Origin: Octopus sinensis | Lineage: Eukaryota | Direction: 5' to 3' | DNA length: 64,000 nucleotides | Assembly: GCF_006345805.1 (NCBI RefSeq) | Contig: NC_043015.1 | Coordinates: forward strand, 41,540,001-41,604,000 | In this document: piece after piece, positions 52,138-63,250 of the stretch | How positions within the stretch are numbered: position 1 is the first letter of the stretch | Layout of the letters: the number at the start of each line of letters is the position of its first letter | Made by a program: the position numbers and the translations under genes | Notes under the pieces: generated by a model | What the model saw: the letters and a program-made list of their open reading frames with translations, nothing else | The model's database searches: none | Told to the model about the DNA's origin: nothing

Positions 52138-52501
52138 GCAACACCACCACTAACAACAGCAACAACATTGGCTTTAACAATAATATGTGACAATAACTGC
52201 GACAGCAAGAATAACAATGGCTGCGCAAGCACAGCTTGGCAACGGTGCTATCTCCGAGCCAATGTCAGGTGCTTACAAAAGGAATGGCGCAATCATTGAG
52301 CATATTTTGTAGATAACGTAATCATGGCATGATATGGTGCTTTGTATCAAAACCAAAGAAGCCATTCGAAGCGTAAAAACCCCCATTAGAAGCATTCCAG
52401 GCCCTGCTCAACACAGCATGACACGATAGTACGTTGTTGAAATCAATTATCTAAATCTACACTGCTTCACTAAAATACGGTATATCGTATTGTATAAAAA
52501 A

Positions 52502-52896
52502 CTAGCAGTATCGCCCGGCGTTGCTCGGGTTTGTAAGGGAAATAACTATAAAGCATTTTTAGAGTGTTATAGCCAAAAAATAGCAAAAAAATGCATTAAA
52601 AATGGGAAAAAAATGATGGTAATTTTTTTTAAAATCGTTGACTCATCGTAGACATTTTTAGAGAGTTACTTCCCTTATATAATAGCGAAAAAATGCATTA
52701 AAATGGAAAAAATGATGGTAAATTTTTTTTTAAATCGTAGACTCATCGTAGACGCGCGCTAATACCCAGAAGGGCTCGATATGAATCACGACTATAAGAT
52801 ACCCGGTTTTGGTTACACTGCACCGCAAAATGTGGGAGTAGTTAGGAATCTAAATCGTAGGAGACAGACACACAACTTCTCTTTTATATATAAAGA
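52502..52896 (-). mobile_element. non-autonomous Helitron, same termini as 34728..35128
   Basis: on - strand A|TCTTTATATATAAAAG...CCCGAGCAACGCCGGGCGATACTGCTAG|T. Confidence 0.8.
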
Positions 52897-53420
52897 TATG
52901 GTCCATTAAATTGGTTTCAAATTTTTAGCACAATGCCAGCAATTTTAGGGGAGGGTTAAGTCGATTGCATTGATCCCGGTGTTCGACTGGTGAAAGCAAA
53001 GTCGACCTCGGCGGGATTTGAACTCAGAACGTAAAGACTACGTTAAACAAACAAATTACAATTTTCTCAAGAAAGCCAAGAGAAAAAAATGTTTTATTTT
53101 GACACATTCTACCAGTATACGAAGTTTAAAAGTGTTTAGTTAGGTGGAAATTCTGTTGACAACTGCCGTTCAAAAGGAAAAGATGCCCAATTTTTTATGA
53201 TTGAATTGCCCTTCCCCCTACAGACACATACATGTGCCAAGGTACGTACCTGCATGCATACATACACACATATATACATAGATACGTATACATGAATACA
53301 TAGGCACATGCACATGTATACACACACATACAAATAATTACAGACATTACATACATGCGTACACAGATGAACTTGCACTCACTGTTTGATTTGCCTAATA
53401 GTGGTTTTATCTCTAATTTA

Positions 53421-53457
<37 letters not shown>

Positions 53458-53658
53458 AGTAGTTGAATGAATTATCTTATTAAGGATAATTCGAATTAAC
53501 CGATACCTGGGTAGCAAATTCACATCAGAAAAAACACGGTCGAAGTTACGTGCCTAGGCATAGATTACGTGCTTTCGTGTGGAAATTTGTATGTTTATTT
53601 TAAAAATATAAATATATGAAAGAATGGAGCTGAACGACGAATTAACAAAATTCCTTTA

Positions 53659-53742
53659 TTTTCGACATATGTTTCGAAGGCTGCATATTCCTAATTGCGA
53701 AGGAATAAGGAGTAACATTATGCCGCTTTCTCATCAGGAAAA
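53659..53742 (-). ncRNA. type I hammerhead ribozyme, canonical core
   Basis: UUUUC-CUGAUGA-GAAAGC...GCCUUC-GAA-ACAUAUGU-C-GAAAA: stem I 5 bp, extended stem II, palindromic stem III, GUC triplet. Confidence 0.85.
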
Positions 53743-53923
53743 GCAAGGAACTTATGTCAACATCAAATGCACAAAAAACTTTTAGATGATTGCTCACACG
53801 GAGCCCATAGTGGTAATGAGTATAAAGGAATATTTTAAAGAGACACTCATTACCACTATGGGCTCCGTGTGAGCAATCATCTAAAAGTTTTTGTGCATTT
53901 TGATGTTGACATAAGTTCCTTGC

Positions 53924-54005
53924 TTTTCCGATGAGAAAGCGGCATAATGTACTCCTTATTCCTTCGCAATTAGGAATATGCAGCCTTCGAAACATATGTC
54001 GAAAA
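53924..54005 (+). ncRNA. inverted twin hammerhead with core U4 deleted
   Basis: mirror of 53659..53742 but the core reads C-GAUGA. Confidence 0.7.
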
Positions 54006-54072
54006 TAAAGGAATTTTGTAATTCGTCGTTCAGCTCCATTCTTTCATATATTCATATTTTTAACATAATATA

Positions 54073-54122
<50 letters not shown>

Positions 54123-54455
54123 GTATGTATGTATGTATTCATGTATCTGTACTTGTGCCCTCTTCATCGCTTGACAACCGATGCTGGTGTGTTTATGTCT
54201 CCGTAACTTAGGGGTTCGGCAAAAAGAGACCGATAGAATAAGTACTAGGCCTACAAAGAATAAGTCCTGGGGTCGATTTGTTCGACTGAAAGGCGGTACT
54301 CCAACATGGCCGCAGTCAAAATGAGTGAAACAAGTAAAAGAGTAGAAGAGTGTTGGAGCTGGTATCTCCGACGGACATTATCGTAGTGGGCATGTTTTGT
54401 GCAGAGCCAGTTCTGCTCTCTCTTCTCTCTCTCTCTCTCTCTCTCTCCCTCTCTT

Positions 54456-54487
<32 letters not shown>

Positions 54488-54906
54488 CTCTCGGTCCTTC
54501 AAACAACCATACAACGGTTTCTTGGTGGGATGAATTCTCTAAGAGATGCTTCAGATTGCACATAAAATACGGTTGAAAGTTCCTTCTAGCTTAGATTCTA
54601 GTTTTTCTTTTGGTAAGCGTCCAGGACATTGCTCCATAGAAAAGGACTCAGTTGAATGAAAACAATTCCTCTTCTCTGCAAGTGTAACAGACCTGATACG
54701 GTTCTTAGTTCATGAGGTCATAGAAAGGAAGTTAAGTTGTAGAAATTCCTACAAAAATCAGCGGAAATGCGAGAATATTTCTGGGCCACTATTTTGAATA
54801 TAAATCAACGTTTTTACCAAGAATTATCAGTGCACTTGGCTATATTAGTAAATGTATATACACACATTACATATTGGTATACATATGCTTTGGTGCATTA
54901 TTATAT

Positions 54907-55006
54907 NNNNNNNNNNNNNNNNNNNNNNNNNNNNNNNNNNNNNNNNNNNNNNNNNNNNNNNNNNNNNNNNNNNNNNNNNNNNNNNNNNNNNNNNNNNNNN
55001 NNNNNN
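54907..55006. other. assembly gap (100 N)
   Basis: run of exactly 100 N, a placeholder of unknown true size. Confidence 0.99.
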
Positions 55007-55414
55007 TTGTGTATACATATTTCATGCACATAATATATATAAAGTATATATACATTTATACATAAGGTATGTATATATATGTGTGTACACACACACACAC
55101 AGAAATATACATTTATATACACATTTATATAGTAAAGCCTACATAAGTTTGACTACTATAAAAAAGGTAAAACAGAAGCCAAATATATTTCATATCCTGA
55201 AGATGTGGCTGGGAAAGTCTGGAAACGTTGATTATGACTCTAGGAGGCTTGTTGTTCCAACAAACTACAAAACTTATACAGGAAAACAACAAAAAATATT
55301 TAACAAAAAAACATGAAACTACCACACATTGTTCTTTTTAATTAAACAGAGACAAAAGGAAAGCCATTTCCCTTCTACACACATTTGTGTGTGTGTGTGT
55401 GTGTGTTCTTTAAT

Positions 55415-55925
55415 GCTTTTACATGTTTCGGTGTTCTGACTGTGGCCATGTTGGAGCACCAGCTTGGAGGTTTTTAGCCAAAGAAATCAACCCCGAAACT
55501 TATTTTTTTAAGCCTAGTACTTATTCTGTTGGTCTGTTTCGCTGAACTGCTAAGTTACAAGGATGTAAGCACACCAACACTGTTTCTCTAGCAGTGACGT
55601 GGGGGACAAACAGACATAAAGCCACACAGACACATATATTTATATATATATAATATAGTAATATATATATATCTAATATATATATATATTATATATATAT
55701 ATATATTATATATATATATATATATATTACATACATATATATATATCATATGGTATATGCGACAGGCTTCTTTCAGTTTCCATCTACCAAATCCACTCAC
55801 AAGGCTTTGGCTTTGATCAGCCCGAGGCTACAGTAGAAGACACTTACCCAAGATGCCAGTAGTGGGACTGAACCCAGAACCATGTGGTTGAAAAGCAACC
55901 TTTTTATCACACAGCCATGCCTGTA
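55415..55925 (-). mobile_element. SINE family A copy with expanded internal (TA)n
   Basis: both modules separated by ~130 bp of TA-rich repeat. Confidence 0.78.
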
Positions 55926-56179
55926 CCTGACTATACACATATACATACATACATACACATACAGTAGAAATTTTGATTTTGAGAATCCAGTAGAACCCAG
56001 TAAGCACTCCCACAAGAACGAGGGATGAATTCTGATGCATCTGTTATGTTCAGCAGTGTATGAGCTGATGAGCTAGGTTTCTCTACTATGCATCTTTATG
56101 TACTCATTAGGAAGTTAAAATTAATACTATATGAAAGGTTATGAAACAACTGTAGTCATATAGAAATAATAAATCTTAT

Positions 56180-56545
56180 TCACCTCTCACACCTCGTTCG
56201 TGTATGACAGATGCACAGGGGCAATAAACACCACAGATGCTCAGAAACAGATTCCATCACACTCCAGGGGCGAAACTGGAAGTAGTTGATAGTTTCTGCT
56301 ACCTAGGTGACCAAGTTAGTAGTGGGGGTGGATGATCAGAGAGTGTTATTATTAGAATAAGATAGCCTGGGCAAAGTTTAGAAAGCTTCTACCCCTACTG
56401 GTGACAAAGGGCTTCTCGCTCAGAGTGAAAGGTAGATTGTATGATGCATGTGTGCGAACTGCCATGCTTCACGCTTCACGGTAGTAAACATGGGCTGTAA
56501 CTGCGGAGGACACATGTAGGCTCGAAAGAAATGAAGCTAGCGTAT
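56180..56545 (+). mobile_element. decayed RTE-type LINE fragment (thumb region)
   Basis: translates through disruptions as LEVVDSFCYLGDQV...W.KFRKLLPLL...VKGRLYDACVRTAMLH. Confidence 0.75.
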
Positions 56546-56559
56546 GTGTGTAAGACAAC

Positions 56560-57070
56560 AGTTATTCTTAGCTTGACATGTCTTTTCAGAACAGCAAATC
56601 ACCACATCTTCCAGTCCTTTGTCATTTCACGGTGAGGCCCAGCATCTGAAGATCGTTTCTCACCACTTCATCCCAGATCTTCCTGGGCCTACCCTTTCCA
56701 CAGGTCCCTCTACAATTAGAGCACGGTATTTCTTTATGCAGCTCTCCTCATCCATACGCATCACATGACCAACCCAGCACCGTCTTCTCTCTTACACACA
56801 ACATCTGACTTCTCTTATACCCAGTTTTCATCTTAAATCATTTACACTCTGTCATGCATGAACCCATCCAGTGAAGCACACCAGCTTCATTTCTTTCAAG
56901 CCTTTGCAAGTTTCCTTTATAATCCACGCTCCACTGCCATGTAACACAGCTGTCCATACACAGGCATCATACAATCTGCCTTTCACTTGGAGGGAGAGGC
57001 GCTTCCTTACTAACAATGGTAGAAGCTCTCTGAACTTTTCCCAGCCTGTTCTTATTCTAACGACTACACT
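56560..57070 (-). mobile_element. decayed RTE-type LINE 3' fragment
   Basis: RIRTGWEKFRELLPLL...VKGRLYDACVWTAVLHGS, continuing to GRPRKIWDEVVRNDL. Confidence 0.75.
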
Positions 57071-58042
57071 CATGTATATCTTTGTATGTGTGTACATATG
57101 GAAGTATGGAGATGTACAAGAATGTTGTTTGTTCCTTCTCGAGCCATGCCTGGCTCATAAGGGCCAGTTTCCCGGTTTCCTTGGCGTATAGGTTCCCCAC
57201 CTGGACGGGACGCTGGTCCATTGCAGGTGAGATGCAAGATGCAGGAGGAAAGAATGAGAGAAAGTTGTGGCGAAAGAGTCAGCAGAAGTTTCGCCATTAC
57301 CTTCTGCCGGAGCCACGTGGAGCTTAGTTAGGTGTTTCGCTCAAAAACACACACATCGTCCGGTCTGAGATTCGAACCCGCGATCCCTCGACCGCGAGTC
57401 CGCTGCTCTAACCACTAGGCCATGTGCCTCCACAAGAATGTACGCATGAATGAATGATAAGTGTAGATATGTATCTATGTTTGGATCTATGTCTATATTT
57501 GTATTTTTTGCTTACATCAGTCAAGAAACCATTGTTATTCTTGAGTAGCATCCCTTATGTTGCATCCCCTACATTCTTGTAACCTAGCAGTTCAATAGAT
57601 GGAGATGAATAAATTAGGCACTAGATATAAATAAGAAAGAGGGCTAAGATTTAGCTACAACCCTTTAAAGCTATGCCCCATGATGGCTGCAGCACAGTGA
57701 GTGAATCCAGTAAAAGAATATCAAGAATAAGGGAATGGAAAGCGTAAAAGGATACAAGAATAAGTGAATAAAAAAATAAGAGAATAGAAGAATAAGAGAA
57801 TAAAAGAATAAGTGAATAAAAAAATAAGAGAATAGAAGAATAAGTGAATATGAAAATAAAAGAATACAAGAATAAAAGACTAGTGGAACAAATATAATAA
57901 AGAATAAGAGAAAAAGAGAATGAAAAGAATAAGTGAGTAAAGGAATAAGAGAATGAAAAAATAAGAGAATAAATGACTAAAAGTATAACAGGGTGAAGGA
58001 ATAAAAGATTAATAAAATGAAAGAATGAGAGAATGATCTTAC

Positions 58043-58211
58043 TCCTGCTCTTTGGAATTTGTTGTGGTATTTGACATCATAAATGAACTTGATGAGGTAA
58101 TCAGGTAACAAGGCAACACAAGGTAGAATGATGAGGCAGAGCCAGAATGCGCCACTGGTGAGGATGTTTTGGAGAATCATGTACAAGTTATTGCTATCGA
58201 AGAACTGACTC
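58043..58211 (-). CDS. ATP11: ATP11-family P4-ATPase exon (last TM helix); at least one more 3' exon expected
   Basis: atcccag/gtaaga; SQFFDSNNLYMILQNILTSGAFWLCLIILPCVALLPDYLIKFIYDVKYHNKFQRAG, cf. ATP11 NMYFVF.Q.LSSGSAW.AIIL; ends phase 0 without a stop. Paralogue (A/B/C) cannot be assigned. Confidence 0.88.
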
Positions 58212-58306
58212 CTGGGATAATGGAAGAGAGGGGGAAAAACATCAAAAACAAAACATTATATTTCATTCTATCATATTATATTATATATATGTATATAATA
58301 TGTGTG

Positions 58307-58349
<43 letters not shown>

Positions 58350-58451
58350 TATATATATAAGGGAAAGTTTAAGAAAATAAACCCAAAAGACGAAGGCAGG
58401 TGGAGTACAAACAACATATGTATTAGTATAGCGCTCAGGAATAGAAAAAGT

Positions 58452-58487
58452 CTTTTACATTTCGAGCCTATGCTCTTCTACAGAAAG
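58452..58487 (-). ncRNA. hammerhead-like motif, variant-core family (sense in an ATP11 intron)
   Basis: CUUU-CUGUAGA-A-GAGC(AUAG)GCUC-GAA-AUGU-A-AAAG. Confidence 0.55.
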
Positions 58488-58551
58488 GGACACAGAAAAA
58501 ACAAGGAGAGAAACAAGGAGAGAAAAAAATGCGTGTAGGAGCTAATGATCA

Positions 58552-58620
<69 letters not shown>

Positions 58621-58688
58621 TATATACATATATATAAAAGACAAGAGATAAGATGAGTCTTACTAAATGCGGAAGAAATAGGACTTAC

Positions 58689-58792
58689 CACAGGAAACTG
58701 TCGTAAATAAATAAAAGGATAAAAGATCCGACAAATGTAATGATGAAGGACAATGCGAAGAGGTGGTACCAGGAGTAGGTCTCCACTGCCAG
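58689..58792 (-). CDS. ATP11: ATP11-family P4-ATPase exon
   Basis: ttccag/gtaagt; LAVETYSWYHLFALSFIITFVGSFILLFIYDSFL(W), cf. ATP11 ALETHFWTW...ILW; ends phase 2. Confidence 0.88.
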
Positions 58793-59150
58793 CTGGAACA
58801 CAAGAGAAATAATTATAGAAAACAGGGAGAGAGACAGACAGACAGACAGAGAGAAAGGAAATAACATGTTTAAAACTATTGTGAATGCAATTAGAATACA
58901 GTGATGGATATTGTTTTTTCTATATGTTTGTGTGTCTTAGTGTCTTAAGAACAGAGAGGAAAACAAAGAGATGGAAGAGTATTCCAAAGTCAGGCAGTTA
59001 ATCTCACCCTCCTCCCACTCTCCTTCTCTCAACCCCACACCAATATCATTGTCATCTTCACCACCATCACCACTGACGCTGTCTTTGTTGCCCACAGAAG
59101 TAGTAGCTCTCTGAAATTTTTCCTAAGCCGTTTTTTTATGCTGGCAATTT

Positions 59151-59931
59151 TATTTCTTTATTGCTCACAAGGAGCTAAACAGAGGGGACAAACAAGGACA
59201 AAGGTATTAAGTCGATTACGTCGACCCCAGTGTGTAACTGGTACTTAATTTATCAACCCCGAAAGGATGAAAGGCAAAGTCGACCTCAGTGGAATTTGAA
59301 CTCAGAATGTAACAGCAGACGAAATACCTATTTCTTTATTACCCACAAGGGGCTAAACACAGAGGGGACAAACAAGGACAGACATAGGTATTAAGTCGAT
59401 TACATCGACCCAGTGCGTAAACTGGTACTTATTTATCGCCCGAAAGGATGAAAGGCAAAGTCGACCTCAGCGGAATTTGAACTCAGAATGTAACAGCAGA
59501 CAAAATACCTATTTCTTTATTACCCACAAGGGGGCTAAACACAGAGGGGACAACAAGACAGACATAGTATTAAGTCGATTAAGTCGATTACATCGACCCC
59601 AGTGCGTAACTGGTACTTAATTTATCGACCCCGAAAGGATTGAAAGGCAAAGTCGACCTCAGCGGAATTTGAACTCAGAATGTAACAGCAGACGAAATAC
59701 CTATTTCTTTATTACCCACAAGGGGCTAAACACAGAGGGGACAAACAAGGACAGACATAGGTATTAGTCGATTACATCGACCCCAGTGCGTAACTGGTAC
59801 TTAATTTATCGACCCCGAAAGGATTGGAAGGAAGTCGACCTCGGCGGAATTTGAACTCAGAACGTAACGCAGACGAAATACCGCTAAGCATTTCGCCCGG
59901 CGTGCTAACATTTCTGCCAGCTCGCTGCCTT
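59151..59931 (-). mobile_element. SINE family D concatemer: one head plus four tandem bodies
   Basis: unit boundaries near 59151, 59328, 59509, 59701, 59881 (about 177-192 bp). Confidence 0.88.
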
Positions 59932-60261
59932 CAATCATTCTTTCAGAGTAAGTACCCCACCGGCTGATTGGGTCATTTAAGTACAAAAACTATTAGCTAC
60001 TTCAAAGGAGCCTTCTGAGCAGGTGAAAGAACCTGCTTCTAAAGAACATTCCATGCTTCATGCTCTGGTACCTAAGGCATACATGAAAACTGTATTTGTT
60101 GTTAACCAGCCTTGTGCATCCATTGTTTACATGGGGCACACTGTATGGAGTTTCTACTGATATATGGATAGACAGATAGACAGATATATAGATAGATAGA
60201 CTGATATATAGATATATGGATAGACAAATAACTAGGTATTGAATGAAAAAGGAAGACTTAC

Positions 60262-60327
60262 CTTCAAGTTTACAGTGACAGTGCACACAAAGTAAACCAT
60301 GAACCCAAAGGACCAGTTCCCAATAGA
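60262..60327 (-). CDS. ATP11: ATP11-family P4-ATPase exon
   Basis: ccatcag/gtaagt; SIGNWSFGFMVYFVCTVTVNLK, cf. ATP11 GNWTFGT.VFTV.V.TVT.K; 66 nt, phase 0-0. Confidence 0.88.
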
Positions 60328-60408
60328 CTGATGGTAGCAAAAACAAAAACAAAATGTTATCACATTTATTTAAAAATTAAACAGCAATAGTGTGAATATA
60401 TATATATA

Positions 60409-60618
60409 CAGGGTGCGGCAGAAATACCTCCCACATTTTAAACTTTCACCTCAGAGTGGCTAATGAACTTATGCAAGTGCCAATGATGTTTTCATTCAGC
60501 TAATGAACAAAAACTGTAAACGTTTGTTTAAACAACAGTAAGATTAATTTTTCATAAATGTTGTTTCTTTTCCTCTTGTCACCCTTTCACATGTGGGAGG
60601 TATTTCTGCCACACCCTG
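60409..60618. mobile_element. Tc1/mariner-type MITE
   Basis: 28-bp TIRs CAGGGTG(C/T)GGCAGAAATACCTCCCACAT with TA on both flanks. Confidence 0.85.
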
Positions 60619-60644
60619 TATATTATATGTATGTATATATATAT

Positions 60645-60689
<45 letters not shown>

Positions 60690-61329
60690 TATAAAGAACA
60701 AAAATGCAATAGAGGACAATAAAACATTTGGACAGATGGACAATACAAAAGAGGACAGGAGAAACAACAATTAGAAGGACAGGCAAAAATGACAGGTCAT
60801 TCGTGGCCTTCTTTCTTCAGTCAAGTATACCAGAAGTCCTTACTATTTTGGACAGTTACACTTGAGACAGTTCGATCTGGTTGCACCCCTGCCCCAAAGA
60901 AAACTAGCGAATGTGTACAGCAACAAAGACAAAAAATGGAGAACATGGTACACAGTTACAGATACAAATAACAAAAATATAACAACAGGTGTCTTTTGAC
61001 TGAGGACAAGTGAAAGCCTAGAGGCAGGAACATAGGAGATGGGCATAAGAGATGTTGGTGGTCGGCAGTCAGGCCAAGAAAGATAGATCATGGCTGGCCA
61101 GACACTGATCACGTGGAAGGAGGAGAGAGGGGTAGGGAGCAGCGGAATTGAAGTTTTACATAAAAAAAAAATCAGAGACATTATAATATGAGGTAATGCT
61201 TCAACAAGTAGAATAGCACTCCATCAGCTTAGAGAGTAAAAATAATCTTACAAATAAAAAAGCAACAAATCTTGCAATCACAGCTACCCAGGGTTTTCTG
61301 GTCAAAATAATATTCTGTAACTGATCAAG

Positions 61330-61810
61330 CTGAAAACAAGACTGCTTTTCTGTTGTCTTTTGAGCAAATAACATTTAAAGAAGAGACGCTTGTAAAGTGT
61401 GGTTGAATGTCTCTTATCATGGTAGCAAAAATTTGAACAATGACAATGGTCGTATAGATGTTAAATGTTATATTGGAACAATGGAAGGAAAGTTTAAATC
61501 TAGATATAACAACCATCTTTCGAATTTTAGGTACCGTGATAAGAAACATTCAACAACTCTTTCAGCTTTAATCTGGAAATTTAAAGACGAAGGGACCAAT
61601 TTCGACATAAAATGGGAAATCCCCTCTAAAGCCAGACCCTATATTAATGAGCCCCAAAAAATGTTCAATGTGTCTGTTTGAAAAACTGTATCTATTAAAA
61701 AACTTGAGAATCTCCAAAAAATATGTAAATTTGAAGAATGGGATTTTTTTTTTTTGTATGTCTGCACTTCAAGAAATACATCTTGTTGGAATTTAAAAGT
61801 AAAAACCTCC
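61330..61810 (+). mobile_element. decayed Penelope-like element, GIY-YIG endonuclease C-terminus (antisense in an ATP11 intron)
   Basis: YIGTMEGKFKSRYNNHLSNFRYRDKKHSTTLSALIWKFKDEGTNFDIKWEI..KARPY, then after a frameshift KCSMCLFEKLYLL...CLHFKKYIL; matches the Penelope-type GIY-YIG pattern YIG...FK.RY.NH...ST.LS..IW.LK...C.LCL.EK..I. Confidence 0.85.
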
Positions 61811-61966
61811 AGACACAGGAAACCATTAACATCTGGTTTACATCTGCTTGACATCAAATTATAGTAATGTTGGTTATCTCCCTTGTGTTTTTCTTTTTGT
61901 CATCTTCTTTATACACTCTCTCTCTCTCTCTCACATACACACACAAACAATGTACCTATGGCCATT

Positions 61967-62027
61967 TGAATCTGATGAGCTGTCTATACATCTAAGTGCT
62001 TTAAAGGCACAAAACCAATGGTCACTC
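61967..62027 (+). ncRNA. decayed hammerhead downstream of the Penelope GIY-YIG remnant
   Basis: CUGAUGA-GCUGUC...GGCAC-(A)AA-ACCA-A-UGGU-C; G12 reads A (a CpG-type change), stem I imperfect. Confidence 0.45.
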
Positions 62028-62142
62028 TCTGACCAGCTATAACAAACAACCTTCCAAAGGTATATATATATGATATATTATATATAGATATAGATAAAAA
62101 AATATATATATATACATATACATATATTTATCTTCTGTGTGT

Positions 62143-62200
62143 ATTCTACTGATGAGGCAAAGCATTCATAAATACAAAGTCAGAAGTCCGGATCTAGAAT
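62143..62200 (+). ncRNA. decayed hammerhead downstream of the Penelope GIY-YIG remnant
   Basis: AUUCUA-CUGAUGA-GGC...GUC-A-GAA-G-UCCGGA-U-C-UAGAAU; perfect 6-bp stem I, palindromic stem III. Confidence 0.55.
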
Positions 62201-62457
62201 TATCCAGTAATTTTTTACTAGTTTCATCTTGTCTTTGTTTTTTCTCCGTGTTGATATATGGACAATTAAGGTGGTTTTAGAGTCATATCATGGCTGCTAT
62301 TTTCAGCATGGTGGTATCTCATAGATACCCTACTTTATAATTTTAATAATTATTACCTTTGAAGGTTATCTTTTCCATGCTGACCACTTGATAAAATCAT
62401 TGTTTTTTTTTGAATTAACGATTCTTATACCTATATATATATATATATATATATTAG

Positions 62458-62491
<34 letters not shown>

Positions 62492-62517
62492 CATATAATA
62501 TAATATATATATTACAC

Positions 62518-62565
<48 letters not shown>

Positions 62566-62921
62566 TATACATATATATATACATACATATATATATGTAT
62601 ATATATATATATGTATTATATATGTATGTATATATATATAATATATATATATATATAGTATATATATATGCATGTGTGTGTATATATATATATAAATATA
62701 TAATATATTATATGTATATATACACGTTATGTAGATTTGTACTGACTTGCATTGCAAAAATATTCAATATCAATTACATTCATTGAGAAATTTAGACAGA
62801 AAAAATAAAGATATAAATAAAAAATATATATACAAATAATACACGAGAAACCATAAAAGGTAATTTTTAGATATAAAAAAAAAAGAAAAAGAAAAGACTG
62901 TTTGAGATAAAGGTGACTTAC

Positions 62922-63001
62922 TTTGCCATCTTCGAACAATGAAGCAGCATCAGAAATCAGAAATTGGACCCCAAAGTACACAACCAGTGAATGCCAAAGA
63001 G
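62922..63001 (-). CDS. ATP11: P4-ATPase phospholipid flippase, ATP11 family, transmembrane-region exon
   Basis: ttcccag acceptor and gtaagt donor on - strand; LWHSLVVYFGVQFLISDAASLFEDGK resembles the ATP11 segment ...FFFG.Y.L...SL..NGK; starts phase 1. Confidence 0.8.
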
Positions 63002-63207
63002 CTGGGAAAGAGAAAACCCAAACTTTAAATTAGGACAACAACAACAACAACAACTAGAAGAATAAAATTCACATTGAATTACTTGGGTATTTCCCCGACA
63101 TGTAGACAATTCTTCAGACAGAAATAATCTTAAACAATAGAGAAATCTATACAATGAGGTAGAGCCTAATAATTTCATTCAAAAGCTGGATATTAAGCAA
63201 TGAACAC

Positions 63208-63250
63208 ACTACAACTAACAGTTTCACCATCTGTCAGCTCATCAGGTAAT
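63208..63250 (-). ncRNA. minimal hammerhead, best-preserved unit of a ~65-nt tandem array
   Basis: AUUAC-CUGAUGA-GCUG(ACAGA)UGGU-GAA-ACU-GUU-AGU-U-GUAGU; stem II is wobble-rich. Confidence 0.6.

Larger units (their letters stand above)
53600..54063. repeat. near-perfect palindrome (arms ~220 bp, 23-nt spacer) carrying two hammerheads
   Basis: 53600..53821 is the reverse complement of 53845..54063 apart from a few indels. Confidence 0.95.

Noticed and set aside
54251-54514. ORF segment NWLCTKHAHYDNVRRRYQLQHSS as a candidate ATP11 terminal exon
   Set aside because: Preceded by a purine-rich (AG)n tract rather than a polypyrimidine acceptor and runs into a SINE; no homology.
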